From Phycisphaerae bacterium (GTDB lineage Bacteria > Planctomycetota > Phycisphaerae > UBA1845 > Fen-1342), in contig CAXXTC010000007.1 in NCBI GenBank assembly GCA_963666925.2, positions 32,001 through 96,000 on the forward strand: DNA of 64,000 bases, written 5' to 3'. Positions within the stretch are counted from its first letter, which is position 1; each line of letters begins with the position of its first letter. The notes beneath the pieces were generated by a model that was not told the origin of the DNA, made no database searches, and saw only the letters and a list, made by a program, of their open reading frames with translations. A program made the position numbers and the translations under genes. Below are positions 60,923-64,000 of the stretch, one piece after another.

Positions 60923-61618
60923 TCATTGGTGGTCTATTAGTGCGTGGCTGACGACGTGTCCGAAGCGTTCGCGTCCGGTGGGGGGGCTGAGCCGGAGTTC
61001 CTTCCCTTGCAGCAGCCGGCAAACGTTTTCGCGGTGCCGGAGAATTATGACCAGTCCGAGCAACGTCGCCACGGTTTGCAGCGGCCAGTGATTGGCCAGG
61101 CTGAGATGGTTCAGCTTGAGGTAGGTCATCAGGGCCAGGGGGAACGCCAGTGCCAGTGCCAGCGAGCCGACAGAGACGAGGCCGGTGGTTTTGCGCACGA
61201 GGCCGTAGATCAGCAGGGCGGCCACCATCGCGATGGTGAAGTGTGGCCAGATGCCCAACGCGACGCCGATGGTCGTCGCCACGCCCTTCCCGCCGCGAAA
61301 ACGGAGATAGACAGGGAAGATATGCCCCAGGACGGCTGCGACGGCGACCGCCAGGATGGCGAGTTGGTGGCGCGGGTCGGCGGCCGACCCGGTCAAGAGC
61401 AGTGACGCGACCAGGGCCGGGATGAGCCCCTTGAGGATATCCAGCGCGAGGCAGAAGTAGCCCTACTTGCGTCCGACGACGCGTCCGACGTTCGTGGCGC
61501 CGATGTTGCGGCTGCCGGCCGTGCGGATGTCGACGCCGTGCGCCCGGCCGATGAGCAATCCGAACGGAATGGCACCGACCAGGTAGGCGATTAGCACCAG
61601 CGCGACAGTTTGTAGCAA
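60923..61618 (-). CDS. plsY: Glycerol-3-phosphate acyltransferase PlsY, interrupted by one in-frame TAG (61463-61465)
   Basis: TTG 61618 with [68 protein letters not shown], all in one frame. Confidence 0.88.
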
Positions 61619-61699
61619 GCGGCAATCCTCCGGCACACGTTCGAGACCCGCGTGAATCACCAGTTGCAAACCGGTGCCACAATGATTCTGAGGCAGCTT

Positions 61700-61918
61700 T
61701 TACTCGTTCTCGCGGACCACCCGCAACCAGCGCGGGCGCATTTCATCCCGCAGATGCTCGGTCATGCGCAGGCCCATGCCGCGGGTCTGGTGGCGGAAGA
61801 CGTGCTTTTCGACGTCGGTCGGCGTTGCGGGCCGCGGCCGGCGACGCTCCGCCAGCCACGTGGCCAGCCACCACGCCCGCCGCCACAACACCAGACGCCA
61901 ACCCGGCGGCCGGCTCAC
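61700..61918 (-). CDS. Small hypothetical protein
   Basis: GTG 61918 overlaps the upstream stop (GTGA); co-oriented between two genes. Confidence 0.45.
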   Translation of the reverse strand: MSRPPGWRLVLWRRAWWLATWLAERRRPRPATPTDVEKHVFRHQTRGMGLRMTEHLRDEMRPRWLRVVRENE

Positions 61919-62508
61919 CGTTGTACGGCCCGGCGGACGCTCCGCAGCACCTCTTCCGCGCCACGCGATTGAATCGAATCGCTGCTCCATACCTGTTGTC
62001 GCTCGAGCAGTTCGTGGGTTTCGCCGTAATAATTCGACACGTGGCTGATGCCACCCTCGACCAGGTCACCGCCGGCATATTTCACATCCAGCAGCCAGCG
62101 TGCCATGTCGTCGTCGTGTTCCGCAGGGTAGATCAGCGCCACGACGTACCGCGCCCGGTCGACCTCCGGCCCGCGATCGGCCAGGTGGACAAAGGCTCGC
62201 GTCGGCGGGGGGGTGGCCTCGCTGGCACGCACCAGGTCGGCGAAGTCCGTCCGGGCGGCGTCCAGCTCATTGCGATTGAAAAACATCCCCGATTCGAGCT
62301 GGAACCGCTCGCGCGAGATGCCACGTAGCTCCATCTGCCCGTCCGGGCTGACGCGTTCGATGCGATAAACCTGCCCCTGGGTGTACTCCTCGCTCTCCAG
62401 CAAAACGGCGATCTCGCTCGCCGTATAGCCGACGGCGGTCCATTCGCCGAAATCGTATACGTACAGGCCGGCATAGCGTCCCGGCTGTTCGACGGCAGGC
62501 AGTTTCAT
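61915..62508 (-). CDS. Hypothetical protein
   Basis: GAGGA RBS, ATG 62508; globular composition (YAGLYVYDFGEW, YPAEHDDD). Confidence 0.75.
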   Translation of the reverse strand: MKLPAVEQPGRYAGLYVYDFGEWTAVGYTASEIAVLLESEEYTQGQVYRIERVSPDGQMELRGISRERFQLESGMFFNRNELDAARTDFADLVRASEATPPPTRAFVHLADRGPEVDRARYVVALIYPAEHDDDMARWLLDVKYAGGDLVEGGISHVSNYYGETHELLERQQVWSSDSIQSRGAEEVLRSVRRAVQR

Positions 62509-62640
62509 CACACGTCCTCGCGGCCAACAACTCCGCAACTTCACTACGCGAAATTATATCGCCCCACCCCACCCCCGACGACCGCCCGCGGCCAGCCGGC
62601 TGTTAGCCCAGTTTGGGGTAGCGTAGCGAACGGTCCCCGG

Positions 62641-63267
62641 TCACCAATCTGCGGGCTTGTTGATCTGACCACCGCAGCCGTCCGGTACGCTCGTCGGGAA
62701 CTGGGCGCGTGCCAGTAGTCCGAGTGGGAGACTCCGGTTCTGGTCTGCGGCGGCTCGCAGCTCGACAGCCGCGCCGCGAGTCCTATTGCGGGTGGGTACA
62801 TAGACGATGACTCGTTTGTCTGGGAAGCGCGTTTTTACCGTGTCAACCGCTGGCACCAGGTCGGAATCGCCGCTGACCAGCACCAGCAGGTCACACTCAT
62901 CACAGTAGGCGTCATCGAGCATTTGAATGCCGATGTTAACGTCGGTACGCTTCTCCTCTTGACTCACAAACGTGCGGCTGCCTTTGTACGTACACGCCTT
63001 GACATTGCAGCGAACTTTCTTTCGTTTGAACTGTTCAAGCACGGTTTCAACCAGCGGGCGCTGTGCGAGTGCACGAAGATACGCTTGCTGGTTTGGACTT
63101 CGCGGGCCGTCGATGAGCGCTGTGAAGTAGTAGATGCGCCTGATGTCGTCGTCCTTGCGCAGCAACGTGAAGTAACGCTCAAGGTCCAACCACTTGCGCG
63201 GACCACCACGGAGAGCGCCGTAGTCGAGGTTGAAGCCGTCAACGTAGACCACAGCGCGTCGCTGCAT
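62641..63267 (-). CDS. NYN domain (LabA/DUF88, PIN-like) ribonuclease
   Basis: YVDGFNL, IYYFTA, EEKRTDVNI, LVSGDSDLVPAV acidic active-site motifs. Confidence 0.92.
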   Translation of the reverse strand: MQRRAVVYVDGFNLDYGALRGGPRKWLDLERYFTLLRKDDDIRRIYYFTALIDGPRSPNQQAYLRALAQRPLVETVLEQFKRKKVRCNVKACTYKGSRTFVSQEEKRTDVNIGIQMLDDAYCDECDLLVLVSGDSDLVPAVDTVKTRFPDKRVIVYVPTRNRTRGAAVELRAAADQNRSLPLGLLARAQFPTSVPDGCGGQINKPADW

Positions 63268-63284
63268 CCTGGAACCCCTGCGGC

Positions 63285-63330
63285 AAAAAAACAGGCGGTC
63301 ATATAGACCGCCCAACCGGCATGTAGCCGG
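63285..63330 (-). terminator. Two hairpins plus T tract immediately upstream of the NYN gene
   Basis: Minus strand: CCGGC-TACAT-GCCGG, then GGCGGTC-TATAT-GACCGCC-TGTTTTTTT. Confidence 0.6.
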
Positions 63331-63495
63331 GGAGTTGTATTGGAAGTACGCCTCACATTGCTGCGTAAGTCAAGTGCCAGCGATGTGCGCCACATCCGAT
63401 AGCTTTCGAGTCCTCAGGCCCGCTGGCGCAACTGCGTACGAATGGTGGGATTATCGGTCCTTGTTCCGGTGTATCTCGGCTAAAACCGGGCTCGC

Positions 63496-64000
63496 TCACG
63501 ACAGCACGATCGGCTCGATTCCGAGCAGGTCGCACGCGGCTACCAGGGCGCCGGTGTGGTCGCCGATGATCGCGTGGATGTGGTTGCTGCTGTAGTTGTC
63601 ACGCAGCGTCGCCAGCGGCATATCGAACCGCGCGAACGCGTGCGGCCATTCATACGTCGTCTGTTTGGCCAGACGCTCCTCCTGCGCCCGCGACAGCTTC
63701 GCGAACGAGCCGGTGAAAATGTGCATCACGAATCGGCCCTGCCGGCGCACGATGCGCCCGAACGTGACCCGCGGCGCCGGGGCCGCGTAAAACTGCACGC
63801 TCCCGCCGCCAGCACGGAAATAGAACTCCGACGCCGGCCGAATGTGACACTCGCGCCAGTTCCGCCGAAAATCGCGCGACCGTTTCGCGAACCACGGCGC
63901 GTGCTGCCCGGAATTGACCAGGTCGTACAGGTCTTCCTTCTCGTGATAGTGGCGCAAGTCCGCGAACAACACCGGCGTGCCCGTGAGCTGATGCATGATC
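63496..64000 (-). CDS. L-fucose/D-arabinose isomerase family protein, C-terminal part
   Basis: LFADLR, DLVNSG, YFRAGGGS, QTTYEWPHAFARF, YSSNHIHAIIGD; 5' part lies outside the window. Confidence 0.8.
   Translation of the reverse strand, partial: IMHQLTGTPVLFADLRHYHEKEDLYDLVNSGQHAPWFAKRSRDFRRNWRECHIRPASEFYFRAGGGSVQFYAAPAPRVTFGRIVRRQGRFVMHIFTGSFAKLSRAQEERLAKQTTYEWPHAFARFDMPLATLRDNYSSNHIHAIIGDHTGALVAACDLLGIEPIVLS

Noticed and set aside
61463..61465. Genome-wide TAG recoding or pyrrolysine
   Set aside because: TAG terminates many genes here (IS110 transposase, uppS, MATE), and no pyl genes are visible.

Overview
GC-rich bacterial chromosomal window, probably Planctomycetota/Phycisphaerae. This is inferred from the 'GDLNCDG.VNFDDI..FV' dockerin-like tails and the TQP-rich linkers. 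It carries mostly housekeeping and envelope genes: an RND efflux pair, a Maf/DUF115 plus spiro-SPASM-like pair, a PQQ-propeller/ferredoxin/NuoEF/NuoG-like redox operon, ABC-F, a Bat/VWA cluster, larE, pssA-psd, nadK, purA, uppS-cdsA, uppP-pgpA-pgsA, an ABC transporter, MATE, ileS, plsY, a NYN nuclease and a fucose isomerase. The most striking signal is a set of REP-associated elements. (1) A complete REP-associated tyrosine transposase (RAYT) domain, bracketed by a perfect 26-bp inverted REP pair, sits in frame inside the catalytic domain of ileS. (2) Several REP-like hairpin families are scattered through the window, some translated in frame within proteins. (3) An IS1111-type IS110 element is inserted in one of these REPs, and its downstream non-coding end contains a stem-loop with short segments matching both halves of that REP target (candidate bridge/seek RNA). 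There is also a promoter-leader peptide-terminator unit before the MATE gene, and a two-hairpin leader before the NYN nuclease. Several genes (nuoF-like, larE, 3' ileS, plsY) have frameshifts or a stop that are probably assembly errors. All calls come from reading motifs by eye; no searches were run.
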